From NCBI GenBank assembly GCA_046483285.1, contig JAWODN010000076.1:16369-80368 (forward strand): a stretch of DNA of 64,000 nt. Reading direction: 5' to 3'. This document shows, one piece after another, positions 25,989 to 34,558 of the stretch. The translations under genes and the position numbers were made by a program. Position 1 is the first letter of the stretch. Each line of letters begins with the position of its first letter. This DNA comes from Candidatus Aminicenantes bacterium (GTDB taxonomy: Bacteria; Acidobacteriota; Aminicenantia; Aminicenantales; Aminicenantaceae). The notes under the pieces are model-generated. The model worked only from the letters and a program-made list of their open reading frames with translations. It was not told the DNA's origin and searched no databases.

Positions 25989-28133
25989 TTAAAATTCCGC
26001 GCCTCCGAGAAAATCGGTGGTTTTTCCTATATTCCCCAAGGCTAAAGTGAACCCGAACTGAATTTCAGGTTTGTCCCGGAAATAAAAAACCCGCAAATCT
26101 GCCGCAAAATCCAGACACTGGTAATGATAGACCAAAGAAGCCGCCGAGTATAAAATTTCGCGCGTCTGGATATTGATATCAATATTCCCCCGGGTTTCCA
26201 GGGACAATGCGGGAATTTTCAATCCTCCCGAAAAACCGACCTGGTGGCGGGACGCCAGAGTGCCGGGCCTGTAAGGATTGATGCTTTTGTACCAGTTCGC
26301 CCGAAAAAACCAGTTGTCTTCAGGCCGGCCTAAAGAGGCCCCCATCCGCATTCTGGCAAAGGTTTTGAAATAAGGATTGAAGGCGGCCGACACGTCGACA
26401 CTGTACTGGCGGGACGGATAAAAACGCAGGTATCCGCTGACATCTGAAAATGCCGGGACTTCTCCGTCCACCTGGTACCGCTGCAACGGGCCGCTTTCCG
26501 GGTCAAAATAGTAGTTCTGACTGATCCCCAAAGTGAATATTTCCCGGGCGGAATTTTGCTCCTTGACTAATATCCGGTTGGTCAAACCATAGCTGAGATA
26601 ATGATTTAAATAAAAAAAACGGGTGGTGATGATGCGGTCCGGAGACGAAACCGGGCTTTCATACCTATAAGTCAAATTGGGTTCAATAATATGCTTCCAC
26701 CTGGGAAGACCGTCCGAATCAAAAAAAACCCTATAAAACACAGGCCCTGTGAACTCGGATTCATACACCAGGTTCTGGGTGAACAGCGGCTCAGGAACCA
26801 CCTCGTTTCGGTCCAAGGCGTAACTCTGAAAATAATAAGTGAGCTGAGAGGAAAGATTGCTGTTGATGGTCAGCCAGGGAAGAGCATTGAAAGGGAAATT
26901 CAACCTGGGGCTGAACGACAGGTTCTGCGCGCTTCTTTGAGTGCCGGCCTCATACGCTGTATCCCAACCATATTCCCATCTCTGGAAACTGGAGGAGAAG
27001 GACAAGTACAAAGGGGTGAACACTTTTATTTTGGAAGACGTGAAACTGATCTCAGGCAGGCTTTTCCTAATGACGGACCGGTCTCTCTCAGTGAAATAGG
27101 TTTCGAATCGCGATGCCCGCATATTAAAATTGAAATAGGACCAGGAGCGGCTCACATAAACTTGAGAGCTGCGGTTAGCCGCCACCGCCCGGTAAAAATT
27201 ATTGTCAAACTCTCTTAAAAAATCAAAGGAGCTCTGGTAATCCACATCCGCCACCAGCCGGAAATCATAAGGAAGGGGCTGCTGATGCTGAAAACGGAGA
27301 ATATAGGCGGTGCTGGTGTCATACAACTGGGCTTCTTCCTCCCTGAACCGGAAATAGAACAGATTCAACTCTCCGGCCATGTCCCCCGGCAGGATATAGC
27401 GGTGCTGCAGCCCTCCCCCCAAACCTTTATGGGAATAGTAATCAACATTGAAGGTGGCGTCCATGTTCCGCCTAATGTCCCAATAAAAGCTCTGGGACAA
27501 TTGGAACCCTTTGCGTCCGTTGTATCCCAGCTTGGGGATCAGAAATCCAGTTGAACGCTGAGTCTCGAGGGGATATCTCATATATGGAAGGTAAAAAACC
27601 GGAATTTTTTTTATGTAGAAAACCGAATTCCACATGGCCACATAATCTTCTTTTTTGAAATCGGCCCGGCCGAATTGAAATTTCCAACGGGGAACGGTTT
27701 GGGTGCACGAGGTGATCCAGGCATCTCTCAAATGGAAAAGACTGGCGCTTTCCCTTTCCACGGATCCGGCCTCATATGTGATGGAAGGCTGAACCAGGCC
27801 GTGAACCTCTTTCATCTCACCCCGGGATGAATCAAGGTTGAACATCACCTCTTCCATGCTGATCACTTCATTGGGAAGATGGATATGGACGCCCCCGGCG
27901 GCTACAATGTCTTTAGTTTCAGTATTCAGTTCAATCCAGTCGGCGAACACCTTGATGTCGCGGTAATGTATTTCCACGCTTCCCGAAGCTGTGATCCGGT
28001 TCCCGACCCTCTCTTTGGTGTGGGCGATGATTTCCACTTGGGAGTCCTGGAATGCCGCCGCCTCAGGTAAAGAAAGAAAAATCCAGAATCCCAGAAGGAA
28101 AAACAGGGGATATCGCCTTTGACATATGCACAT
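25989..28133 (-). CDS. lptD: LPS-assembly outer-membrane protein LptD (OstA)
   Basis: ORF to 28151; the second ATG (28133) has GGAG 5 nt upstream. N-terminal OstA motif 'RITASGSVEIHYRDIKVFADWIELNTETKDIVAAGGVHI', then a large Y/F-rich barrel ending 'FLGGAEF'. Confidence 0.85.
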   Translation of the reverse strand: MCICQRRYPLFFLLGFWIFLSLPEAAAFQDSQVEIIAHTKERVGNRITASGSVEIHYRDIKVFADWIELNTETKDIVAAGGVHIHLPNEVISMEEVMFNLDSSRGEMKEVHGLVQPSITYEAGSVERESASLFHLRDAWITSCTQTVPRWKFQFGRADFKKEDYVAMWNSVFYIKKIPVFYLPYMRYPLETQRSTGFLIPKLGYNGRKGFQLSQSFYWDIRRNMDATFNVDYYSHKGLGGGLQHRYILPGDMAGELNLFYFRFREEEAQLYDTSTAYILRFQHQQPLPYDFRLVADVDYQSSFDFLREFDNNFYRAVAANRSSQVYVSRSWSYFNFNMRASRFETYFTERDRSVIRKSLPEISFTSSKIKVFTPLYLSFSSSFQRWEYGWDTAYEAGTQRSAQNLSFSPRLNFPFNALPWLTINSNLSSQLTYYFQSYALDRNEVVPEPLFTQNLVYESEFTGPVFYRVFFDSDGLPRWKHIIEPNLTYRYESPVSSPDRIITTRFFYLNHYLSYGLTNRILVKEQNSAREIFTLGISQNYYFDPESGPLQRYQVDGEVPAFSDVSGYLRFYPSRQYSVDVSAAFNPYFKTFARMRMGASLGRPEDNWFFRANWYKSINPYRPGTLASRHQVGFSGGLKIPALSLETRGNIDINIQTREILYSAASLVYHYQCLDFAADLRVFYFRDKPEIQFGFTLALGNIGKTTDFLGGAEF

Positions 28134-28179
28134 TTTTCTCCAATGTAGCATAAGGTTTCTTCTTTAATCAACTCAATAC

Positions 28180-28315
28180 CCTGACCTGATCAATTCATAA
28201 AAAAATTGCGATATTTTTGCAATCTCTTTTTTATCAGCGATAAGCATGGTTTTTAGTGAAAGATCAAATGGAACATTTTTCATTTTTTTATTGTTTTTTT
28301 AATCGCAATTTTATT
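28180..28315 (+). repeat. Repeat family A, copy A3
   Basis: 'ccctgacctgatcaattcat-aaaaaaattgcgat...atcgcaatttt'. Arms are at 28199-28212 and 28302-28312. Confidence 0.75.
28194..28222 (-). promoter_or_regulatory. Predicted promoter inside A3, firing into lptD
   Basis: On the minus strand: TTGCAA (28222-28217), 17 nt, TATGAA (28199-28194). Confidence 0.4.
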
Positions 28316-28387
28316 AGAGGTCTTCTGCTTTTCTCGCCTTCTTCAGCCCAGATAGATCAAATGGACTGTTTTTGTTATTAAGTTAGG
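28316..28387 (-). repeat. Repeat family C, inverted copy C3
   Basis: The reverse complement reads 'cctaacttaataacaaaaacagtccatttgatctatctgggctgaagaaggcgagaaaagcagaagacctct'. Confidence 0.7.
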
Positions 28388-28389
28388 GG

Positions 28390-28418
28390 TTGCCAACCGG
28401 ACTCCTTCCATCCATAAT
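28390..28418 (+). promoter_or_regulatory. Predicted promoter for atpZ-I-B-E
   Basis: TTGCCA (28390-28395), 17 nt, CATAAT (28413-28418). It lies 37 nt upstream of atpZ. Confidence 0.4.
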
Positions 28419-28454
28419 AAAAACAGTTGTTTTTTTGGATGCGCAGAAATATCA

Positions 28455-28697
28455 ATGTCGGACCCTCATCACAACAAAGATAAAAAAACGTCTTTCCGGA
28501 ATATATTGGCCATGAGCAGCATCGGTCTGGTCCTGCCCTCTTCCATCGCCATCGGCCTTTTTGTTGGATATTATGCGGATAAATGGCTGGGCACCCATCC
28601 TTGGCTTTTGATTGTGTTTTTGCTTTTCGGGGTGGCGGCCGGTTTTGTTTCCCTGTTCCGCGAACTTCGCCGCTATCAAGACGATAACGGAGAATAA
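28455..28697 (+). CDS. AtpZ/AtpI-family small membrane protein
   Basis: 80 aa with two TM helices, 'GLVLPSSIAIGLFVGYYADKWLGTHPWLLIVFLLFGVAAGF'. Confidence 0.75.
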   Translation: MSDPHHNKDKKTSFRNILAMSSIGLVLPSSIAIGLFVGYYADKWLGTHPWLLIVFLLFGVAAGFVSLFRELRRYQDDNGE

Positions 28698-28753
28698 ACA
28701 GCGGGAATCCCCGCCTATACAATCCCGGAAAAGTGGTATAAAATAAAAGCTTC

Positions 28754-29152
28754 ATGAATGAACAACTGCAAATGGATGAAAGAATTCTGCGCCGCATCCC
28801 TGTAGAAATCGCAATAGTTGCTTTGGCTGCGGCTGTGGGGGTGTTTTTTATTTTCGGCTTCTCCGCTGCTCTTTTGGTTCTGGCGGGAGGCGGAACCGCC
28901 GGCATCGGGTTCATCTGGATGCGAGCTTCGGTGGACCGTTTTCTGGACCAATCGAAACCGCGTGCCATGAAAGCCGCCGTATTCCTGTACGGGCTCCGTC
29001 TTCTATTGATTATTCTGATCTTTTCAATTATAATTCTCTTTTTTTCTCAGGAAGTCTTAGCGTTCGCCGCAGGTTTTTCATCCATTGTGGTGGTCATTTT
29101 ATTTGAAGCCGCATCGGCATTAACACGACATAAGAAGAAATGGAAGCCTTAG
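28754..29152 (+). CDS. atpI: ATP synthase protein I-like membrane protein
   Basis: 132 aa hydrophobic protein immediately 5' of atpB. Assigned by position and hydrophobicity. Confidence 0.6.
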   Translation: MNEQLQMDERILRRIPVEIAIVALAAAVGVFFIFGFSAALLVLAGGGTAGIGFIWMRASVDRFLDQSKPRAMKAAVFLYGLRLLLIILIFSIIILFFSQEVLAFAAGFSSIVVVILFEAASALTRHKKKWKP

Positions 29153-29883
29153 AACACAGTTTATATATTGTCGAGATTGTCAATAAAATATTCAGTCCCC
29201 CTCTTGCCGCCTTGCTGGGGTGGCTGGGAATAGAAGTCCAGAACCCGGAACATTTGATTCCGGATTATGTGGTGATGTGTGTTCTGGTTTCTCTTATTTT
29301 GATTCTCTTTTTCGGCCTCGCCGCAAGAAATCTCAAAGAGGTTCCGTCCAAACTGCAAAGTTTTCTGGAAATGGTATACCAGATGTTTGAAAACCAGCTG
29401 AAAGATGTGGTGGGCGAAAAAGGGCCGAAATACACCTCCATGGTAGCCACCTTGGGACTCTTTATTTTTTTCTGCAACTTAATAGGCCTGGCACCAGGGA
29501 TGATGGCCCCCACCAGCAAACTCAATGTCACCCTTGCCTGTGCCCTGGCTGTCTTTTTTTACTACCACTGGCAGGGGATTAAAGCGCAGGGGCTGGGCCA
29601 TTATCTTAAACATTTTATCGGCCCCATTCCCGCCCTGGCGCCGCTGCTCCTGCCTATCGAGATCATCAGCCACTTCTCCCGGATTGCTTCTCTGTCTATT
29701 CGTCTGTTCGGAAATATTTTTGCCGAAGAACTGTTAATCGTGGTTATCGCCTCAATCATTCCGTACTTTCTGCCCCTGCCTTTCATGGCCGTGGCCATCT
29801 TCACCTCTTTCATCCAGGCCTTTGTTTTTGTCTTGCTTTCATGCGTTTATATTGCAGGAGCCGTGGCTCAAGAGGAAGAATAA
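29140..29883 (+). CDS. atpB: F0F1 ATP synthase subunit a
   Basis: 247 aa with 'SLSIRLFGNIFAEEL', which contains the essential Arg motif. Confidence 0.9.
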   Translation: MEALEHSLYIVEIVNKIFSPPLAALLGWLGIEVQNPEHLIPDYVVMCVLVSLILILFFGLAARNLKEVPSKLQSFLEMVYQMFENQLKDVVGEKGPKYTSMVATLGLFIFFCNLIGLAPGMMAPTSKLNVTLACALAVFFYYHWQGIKAQGLGHYLKHFIGPIPALAPLLLPIEIISHFSRIASLSIRLFGNIFAEELLIVVIASIIPYFLPLPFMAVAIFTSFIQAFVFVLLSCVYIAGAVAQEEE

Positions 29884-29903
29884 AAAATGAAAAGGAGAAA
29901 AAA

Positions 29904-30248
29904 ATGTCAAAATATCTAAAACCGTTATGCGTGCTCTTTTTTTTAGCCGTTATAATGAGCACTCCCTTGCTGGCCCAGGAAGCCGATGTGTCCGATAACC
30001 GTGCTTCTCTATTCAAGTTGACCCTGATTGTTGGAGGTGCCGTTATCACTATCGCTTCTTCTGCCGGTGCGTATTGCCAGGCCAAGGCCATTGCCAGCGC
30101 AGCAGAAGGCATCTCCCGGAATCCCGTGGGGGCGCCTCACATCCGTTTTCTTCTGATCTTTGGATTGGTTCTTATAGAAACCCTGGTCATTTATGCCCTT
30201 TTGATTTCGATTATCATTCTCATGGTGCAATGGGGGAATTATCTGTAA
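29904..30248 (+). CDS. atpE: F0F1 ATP synthase subunit c with N-terminal signal-like extension
   Basis: ORF 29841..; ATG 29904 follows 'aaaaggagaaaaaa'. Hairpin core 'GAYCQAKAIASAAEGISRNPVG..FGLVLIETLVIYALL'. About 30 extra N-terminal residues, 'MSKYLKPLCVLFFLAVIMSTPLLAQEA'. Confidence 0.85.
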   Translation: MSKYLKPLCVLFFLAVIMSTPLLAQEADVSDNRASLFKLTLIVGGAVITIASSAGAYCQAKAIASAAEGISRNPVGAPHIRFLLIFGLVLIETLVIYALLISIIILMVQWGNYL

Positions 30249-30276
30249 AATCAGCTGAAGCGAATCCCAGGATTAT

Positions 30277-31146
30277 ATGGTTCATTCCATTTTCAATATC
30301 ATCAAAACGACTTTCAAGCGATTCAGTGAAGACCGGTGCGGAAATTTTTCCATCATTATTTCCTATTTTGCTCTTTTGTGCTCTATTCCTCTGGTTGCTT
30401 TATTCGCTTTTGTCACCACAAAAATCCTGGGGGATCCGGAGATCGCTTTTCTCAGTCTGAACATTCTTTCGGATGAATTTTTCGCCGAATTGGATCCCCT
30501 TTTTTTTGAAAGAATTCAATATGTTTCCCACAACATTTCCAATCTGGGCTGGTTCGGATTAGCGGGGTCATTCATCGCCGCCAGCTTCCTTTTTTCCAAC
30601 TTGATTTACGCCATCAATTTTATTTTCAAAGCCAACTACCGGAAGTCGTTTTTTTATAACCGGCTGATGGAATACATGATCATGTTTGTCATCGGTATCA
30701 TCATGCTGATTTCCCTGTCCATAACCGCTATCTGGACCGCCCTTCACCGCGCCTTGAGGGAAAGCGAGATCATCGCCCAAAACATCAATCCCAAGGTGGT
30801 TTCCCTGGCAGATAATTTCTTTCTGCAGTATCTTCTTCCTTTTACTCTGACCTTTGTGGTCTTTTTCATCCTTTATAAATTCATCCCGGATATAAAAGTT
30901 TTTACCCAGGCCGCAGCTATCGCTGCTTTAGCCAGTACGCTGTTATGGGAAATATTCAAAAGAATATTCGCCTTTTATGTGGCTCATTTTTCCGCCGTCG
31001 GCATTGTTCTCTCTCAACTGCTTCAGGGAACCTTGACCTCCATCATATTTTTCATGTTGTGGATTTCGTTTTCTTTGGTCATCCTCTTCTGGGGAGCGGA
31101 ATTGGCCGCGGTCTTGAATGAGAGGCTGCATGAAAAACACACCTGA
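30277..31146 (+). CDS. YihY/BrkB (ribonuclease BN-like) family membrane protein
   Basis: 289 aa with six predicted TM helices. The N-terminus '[24 protein letters not shown]' is typical of the family. Confidence 0.8.
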   Translation: MVHSIFNIIKTTFKRFSEDRCGNFSIIISYFALLCSIPLVALFAFVTTKILGDPEIAFLSLNILSDEFFAELDPLFFERIQYVSHNISNLGWFGLAGSFIAASFLFSNLIYAINFIFKANYRKSFFYNRLMEYMIMFVIGIIMLISLSITAIWTALHRALRESEIIAQNINPKVVSLADNFFLQYLLPFTLTFVVFFILYKFIPDIKVFTQAAAIAALASTLLWEIFKRIFAFYVAHFSAVGIVLSQLLQGTLTSIIFFMLWISFSLVILFWGAELAAVLNERLHEKHT

Positions 31147-32179
31147 ATCTCACTCCCTTACCCTGGCCACGCTGGCCGGTAAGCTTGAACGTGAATACGA
31201 AGGGAAAGGAAGCATAAAAATCACTGGATTTGCGAGCCTTGAGCGGGCTGAACCCGGGGATCTGTCTTTTCTCTCTCATAAAAAACACCGGCCGCTGCTG
31301 GAAAATTCCAGGGCATCCGCGGTCCTGCTTCCCCCCGGTGAAGATCGAGGCGGAATTCCTGCGATCCGTTCCCATCAGCCTCATCACGACTTTATCCGTG
31401 CCGTCAGAATGTTTTACCGGCCCTGCCGCCCCCGGCCCGGGATTCATCCCCGCGCGCACATCGCCCCCACCGCCGTCCTGGGAAAGAATGTTTCTGTGGG
31501 AGCTTGTTCCGTTATCGAGGATAACGTCCATATCGGGGACGGAACCGTCATCTTTTCCCATGTCTCCTTGTATCCCGGCGTCCGCCTGGGAAAAGACTGC
31601 GTCATCCATTCTCATGTTTCTGTCAGAGAAAACAGCTGTATCGGCAACAATGTGATTGTGCACAACGGAGCCGTGATCGGTTCGGATGGATTTGGATACT
31701 TGCAGGAAGAACACGGCGGTCACCGCAAGATTCCTCAGACCGGCCGGGTGATTATCCAGGATGATGTGGAAATCGGAGCCAATACCACTATAGACCGGGC
31801 TTCGCTCGATGAAACCATCATCGGAAAAGGAACCAAGATCGACAATCTTGTGCAAATCGCCCACAATGTCAAGATCGGAGACAACTGCATATTGATGAGT
31901 CAGGCCGGAATCGCCGGAAGTTCACGGCTCGGGAAAAATGTCATTGTCAGCGGGCAGGCCGGAATCGCCGATCATTTAAATATCGGAGATCATGTCATTC
32001 TCGCTGCCAAAACCGGAGTCACCAATGATATCCCCCCCCATTCCATCGCCGCCGGCTATCCTCATCTGGATATAAAAACCTGGAGAAAATCCTGGGCGTC
32101 CATACCCCGTCTTTTTGATCTCATCCGGGAGATCAGGAAAATGAAAAAACGTCTCGATGAGATGGAAAAGAAATTGTGA
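31130..32179 (+). CDS. lpxD: UDP-3-O-acylglucosamine N-acyltransferase
   Basis: Hexapeptide repeats, 'VIGSDGFGY' and '[12 protein letters not shown]'. ORF from 31118; ATG 31130 is preferred. Confidence 0.9.
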   Translation: MKNTPESHSLTLATLAGKLEREYEGKGSIKITGFASLERAEPGDLSFLSHKKHRPLLENSRASAVLLPPGEDRGGIPAIRSHQPHHDFIRAVRMFYRPCRPRPGIHPRAHIAPTAVLGKNVSVGACSVIEDNVHIGDGTVIFSHVSLYPGVRLGKDCVIHSHVSVRENSCIGNNVIVHNGAVIGSDGFGYLQEEHGGHRKIPQTGRVIIQDDVEIGANTTIDRASLDETIIGKGTKIDNLVQIAHNVKIGDNCILMSQAGIAGSSRLGKNVIVSGQAGIADHLNIGDHVILAAKTGVTNDIPPHSIAAGYPHLDIKTWRKSWASIPRLFDLIREIRKMKKRLDEMEKKL

Positions 32180-32183
32180 TCCC

Positions 32184-32516
32184 TTAAGATTTGATGTGTT
32201 TCAGGACGGCTTCTTCAATTTTTTCTTTGGGCAAAGCCCCCACCAGGGTTTCCTGAACTTCCCCGTCTTTGAACAAAAGCATGGAAGGAATGCTCATGAT
32301 CCCGTATTTTGAGGCGGTCTGATTATTGTCGTCAACATTCAATTTCACCACTTTCAATTCGCCTTCCCGTTCAGAAGCGATGCTCTCCAGGGAAGGGGTC
32401 ACCATATGACAGGGAGCACACCACGCCGCCCAAAAATCCACTAAAACCGGTATATCGGATTTGAGAACTTCATTTTCGAAGTTATTGTCATTAACGTTTT
32501 TAATATTTTCAGCCAT
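32184..32516 (-). CDS. trxA: Thioredoxin
   Basis: 'WAAWCAPCHM' is the WCxPC motif. ATG 32516 is preceded by GGAGGAG. The ORF-track start at 32597 lies inside repeat sequence. Confidence 0.9.
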   Translation of the reverse strand: MAENIKNVNDNNFENEVLKSDIPVLVDFWAAWCAPCHMVTPSLESIASEREGELKVVKLNVDDNNQTASKYGIMSIPSMLLFKDGEVQETLVGALPKEKIEEAVLKHIKS

Positions 32517-32602
32517 ATCTCCTCCAGATGTGTTCACATCATAACCTTTTGAAATCACTCCGGCTTTTCGGTTCATCGCACGTCCTGACCGAAGCACCTG
32601 CA

Positions 32603-32672
32603 GATCCCTCGTCGTTTCACTCCCCGGGACGACATTGAATTAAGGAATGTCGTGGTCTGCGGCAATCCCGGC
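32603..32672. repeat. Module E/B inside the predicted trxA 5' leader
   Basis: 'gatccctcgtcgtttcactccccgggacgac-attgaattaaggaatgtcgt-ggtctgcggcaatcccggcc'. Homologous to 57516-57585 and 5921-5990. Confidence 0.7.
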
Positions 32673-32695
32673 CTCTCATCATCCAAGTCAGTATT

Positions 32696-32725
32696 ATGAT
32701 AGTCTTTGTAAGCTTATATTGTCAA
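32696..32725 (-). promoter_or_regulatory. Predicted trxA promoter
   Basis: On the minus strand: TTGACA (32725-32720), 18 nt, TATCAT (32701-32696). This leaves a ~175-nt leader. Confidence 0.5.
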
Positions 32726-32737
32726 CCCGGATAGATC

Positions 32738-33583
32738 CTAACCCCAGCCTAATTTTTCATGGAGAAGATCGAAGTAATTTCTTTTTGGTGAAGAAATCAA
32801 AGACAGGGTGTGATCACTGATCCTGATTTTCACTTCATCGTTTTTCCGCATTTTGTTTCCTCTTTGGCCGTCCAGAGTCAAGAATGTCTTTTCACCTTCT
32901 GTTATGACTTTAATCCGGATTTCCGAATCAGACGAAATCACCATGGGCCGAAAAGTCAGAGTGTGCGGACAGATGGGAGCGAATATAACCGCCGGCATAT
33001 TGGGCTGAATGATCGGCCCTCCCGCGGCCAAAGAATAAGCGGTGGATCCGGTGGGGGTGGAAACAATGATCCCATCCAAACGGGGTATGGCAATCCTTTT
33101 ATCATTTATGTAAATCTCGCATCGGATCATCCGGGCCAACGCCCCTTTGTTGATGACAATATCATTTAAACATAAAAATATATTGTCCCGGTAAAAAACA
33201 TCCAGCATCCGCCGGCGGCTGGTGATTTCCCGGCTGCCCTTAAAATAGGCATCCAAGGTTAAAAGCATTTCATCCACGGGAACTTCGGTCAAAAACCCCA
33301 GCCGTCCTAAATTAACGCCCATCACGGGAATAGACCGCCTCGCCGCCAAGTGGGCGATGCTCAAAAGGGTTCCGTCCCCTCCCAAGACAATAATCAGCCC
33401 GGATTCATCCGGCACCATTTCGCGGGGAATGCCGTTTTGCCCTCCGATTTTACCGGCCGCCGCTTCTTCCAGGACACATTCTTTCCCTTGGGCCTGAAGA
33501 TATGACACCAAATCATTCAATACCTCCACCACATTAGGGGCATGGGGTTTGATGACAATACCGACACGATTGATTTTATTCAT
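32738..33583 (-). CDS. nadK: NAD kinase
   Basis: 281 aa with 'VLGGDGTLL', 'GVNLGRLGFL' and 'STPTGSTAYSLAAGGP'. Confidence 0.9.
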   Translation of the reverse strand: MNKINRVGIVIKPHAPNVVEVLNDLVSYLQAQGKECVLEEAAAGKIGGQNGIPREMVPDESGLIIVLGGDGTLLSIAHLAARRSIPVMGVNLGRLGFLTEVPVDEMLLTLDAYFKGSREITSRRRMLDVFYRDNIFLCLNDIVINKGALARMIRCEIYINDKRIAIPRLDGIIVSTPTGSTAYSLAAGGPIIQPNMPAVIFAPICPHTLTFRPMVISSDSEIRIKVITEGEKTFLTLDGQRGNKMRKNDEVKIRISDHTLSLISSPKRNYFDLLHEKLGWG

Positions 33584-34367
33584 TCCAGACCGCCTCCTTG
33601 ATCATGGCTTCCTCACTCGAAGTCCCCTTGTTTTCCATAGAAAGAGACCACCACGCGAAAAATTCCCGGTTGCCTTTTTGCCCCCGGGTGGATGATTTTA
33701 AAATCCCATTCAGGTGAAACCCCATATCAGCCGCACCCCGGATAACTTGGCCGAGGATATCTTCCTGAACGGATTTATCCCTGATCACACCTTTCTTCCC
33801 GATCCGTCCCCTGCCGGCCTCAAACTGAGGTTTAATCAAAGCCAGGACACAATCGCCGGACAACAAGGTTTTGACGGCAGGCAAAACTTTGAGCAGTGAA
33901 ATAAATGACAGGTCCATGACCACCATCTGGGGCTTTTCGTCAAAATCTTCAGGCTTCAGGGCACGCGCATTTTTTTTGATTATAATCAAACGTGAATCCT
34001 TGCTCAAATTCCAATCCAGCTGCCGGGTTTCCACATCGACGGCATATACTTTTCGTGCCCCTCTCTGCAGAAGACAGTCACTGAATCCGCCGGTGGACGC
34101 CCCCAAATCCGCAGCCACCAGACCCTTGACACTCAAGCGGAAAGAATCGAGCGCCTCCTCCAATTTCAATCCTCCTCTTCCCACAAAAGGCAATGTTTCC
34201 TTTATAGAAAGAGAGGCCTCTTCATTCAGCAGCTGACCGGGCTTTTCTATTTTCTCACCATTCTGCATCACCCGGCCGGCCATAATCAATGCCTGCGCCT
34301 TGTGCCGGCTTTCCGCCAGACCGCTGCGGACCAATAACTTATCCGCTCTTTCCTTGGGAGCCGTCAT
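33576..34367 (-). CDS. tlyA: TlyA-family 23S/16S rRNA (cytidine-2'-O)-methyltransferase
   Basis: 263 aa. S4 domain 'RADKLLVRSGLAESRHKAQALI', then FtsJ-like 'AADLGASTGGFSDCLLQRGARKVYAVD'. Confidence 0.85.
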   Translation of the reverse strand: MTAPKERADKLLVRSGLAESRHKAQALIMAGRVMQNGEKIEKPGQLLNEEASLSIKETLPFVGRGGLKLEEALDSFRLSVKGLVAADLGASTGGFSDCLLQRGARKVYAVDVETRQLDWNLSKDSRLIIIKKNARALKPEDFDEKPQMVVMDLSFISLLKVLPAVKTLLSGDCVLALIKPQFEAGRGRIGKKGVIRDKSVQEDILGQVIRGAADMGFHLNGILKSSTRGQKGNREFFAWWSLSMENKGTSSEEAMIKEAVWNE

Positions 34368-34393
34368 AGCCGCCGTCCTCGACGATACCTCAA

Positions 34394-34482
34394 CCTGACC
34401 TATTGATACGAAAATAACAAAAATAATCCATTTCGTCTATCTTATCTATCCGGCCTGAAGAGAGCGAGAAAGGCGAGGCGAG
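34394..34482 (+). repeat. Repeat family C, copy C2, followed by a D-like fragment
   Basis: 'cctgacctattgatacgaaaataacaaaaataatccatttcgtctatcttatctatccgg..gagcgagaaaggcgaggcgag', then 'gcggccatgggagcgg' (34494-34509). Confidence 0.7.
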
Positions 34483-34558
34483 ACCGTTCCCTCGCGGCCA
34501 TGGGAGCGGATAATGTTTCCGCCGACCTTTCATCAACAGTGATATTCATCGGGGTCCA

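Noticed and set aside
28378-28968. A 196-aa minus-strand ORF overlapping atpZ and atpI.
   Set aside because: It is antisense to two membrane-protein genes with typical atp-operon context. Its product is Arg/Lys/Pro-rich with no motif.
28455-30248. An N-type (Na+-translocating, atpDCQRBEFAG) ATPase operon.
   Set aside because: The gene order here is Z-I-B-E without preceding atpD/C, which matches a split F-type operon rather than the N-ATPase arrangement.
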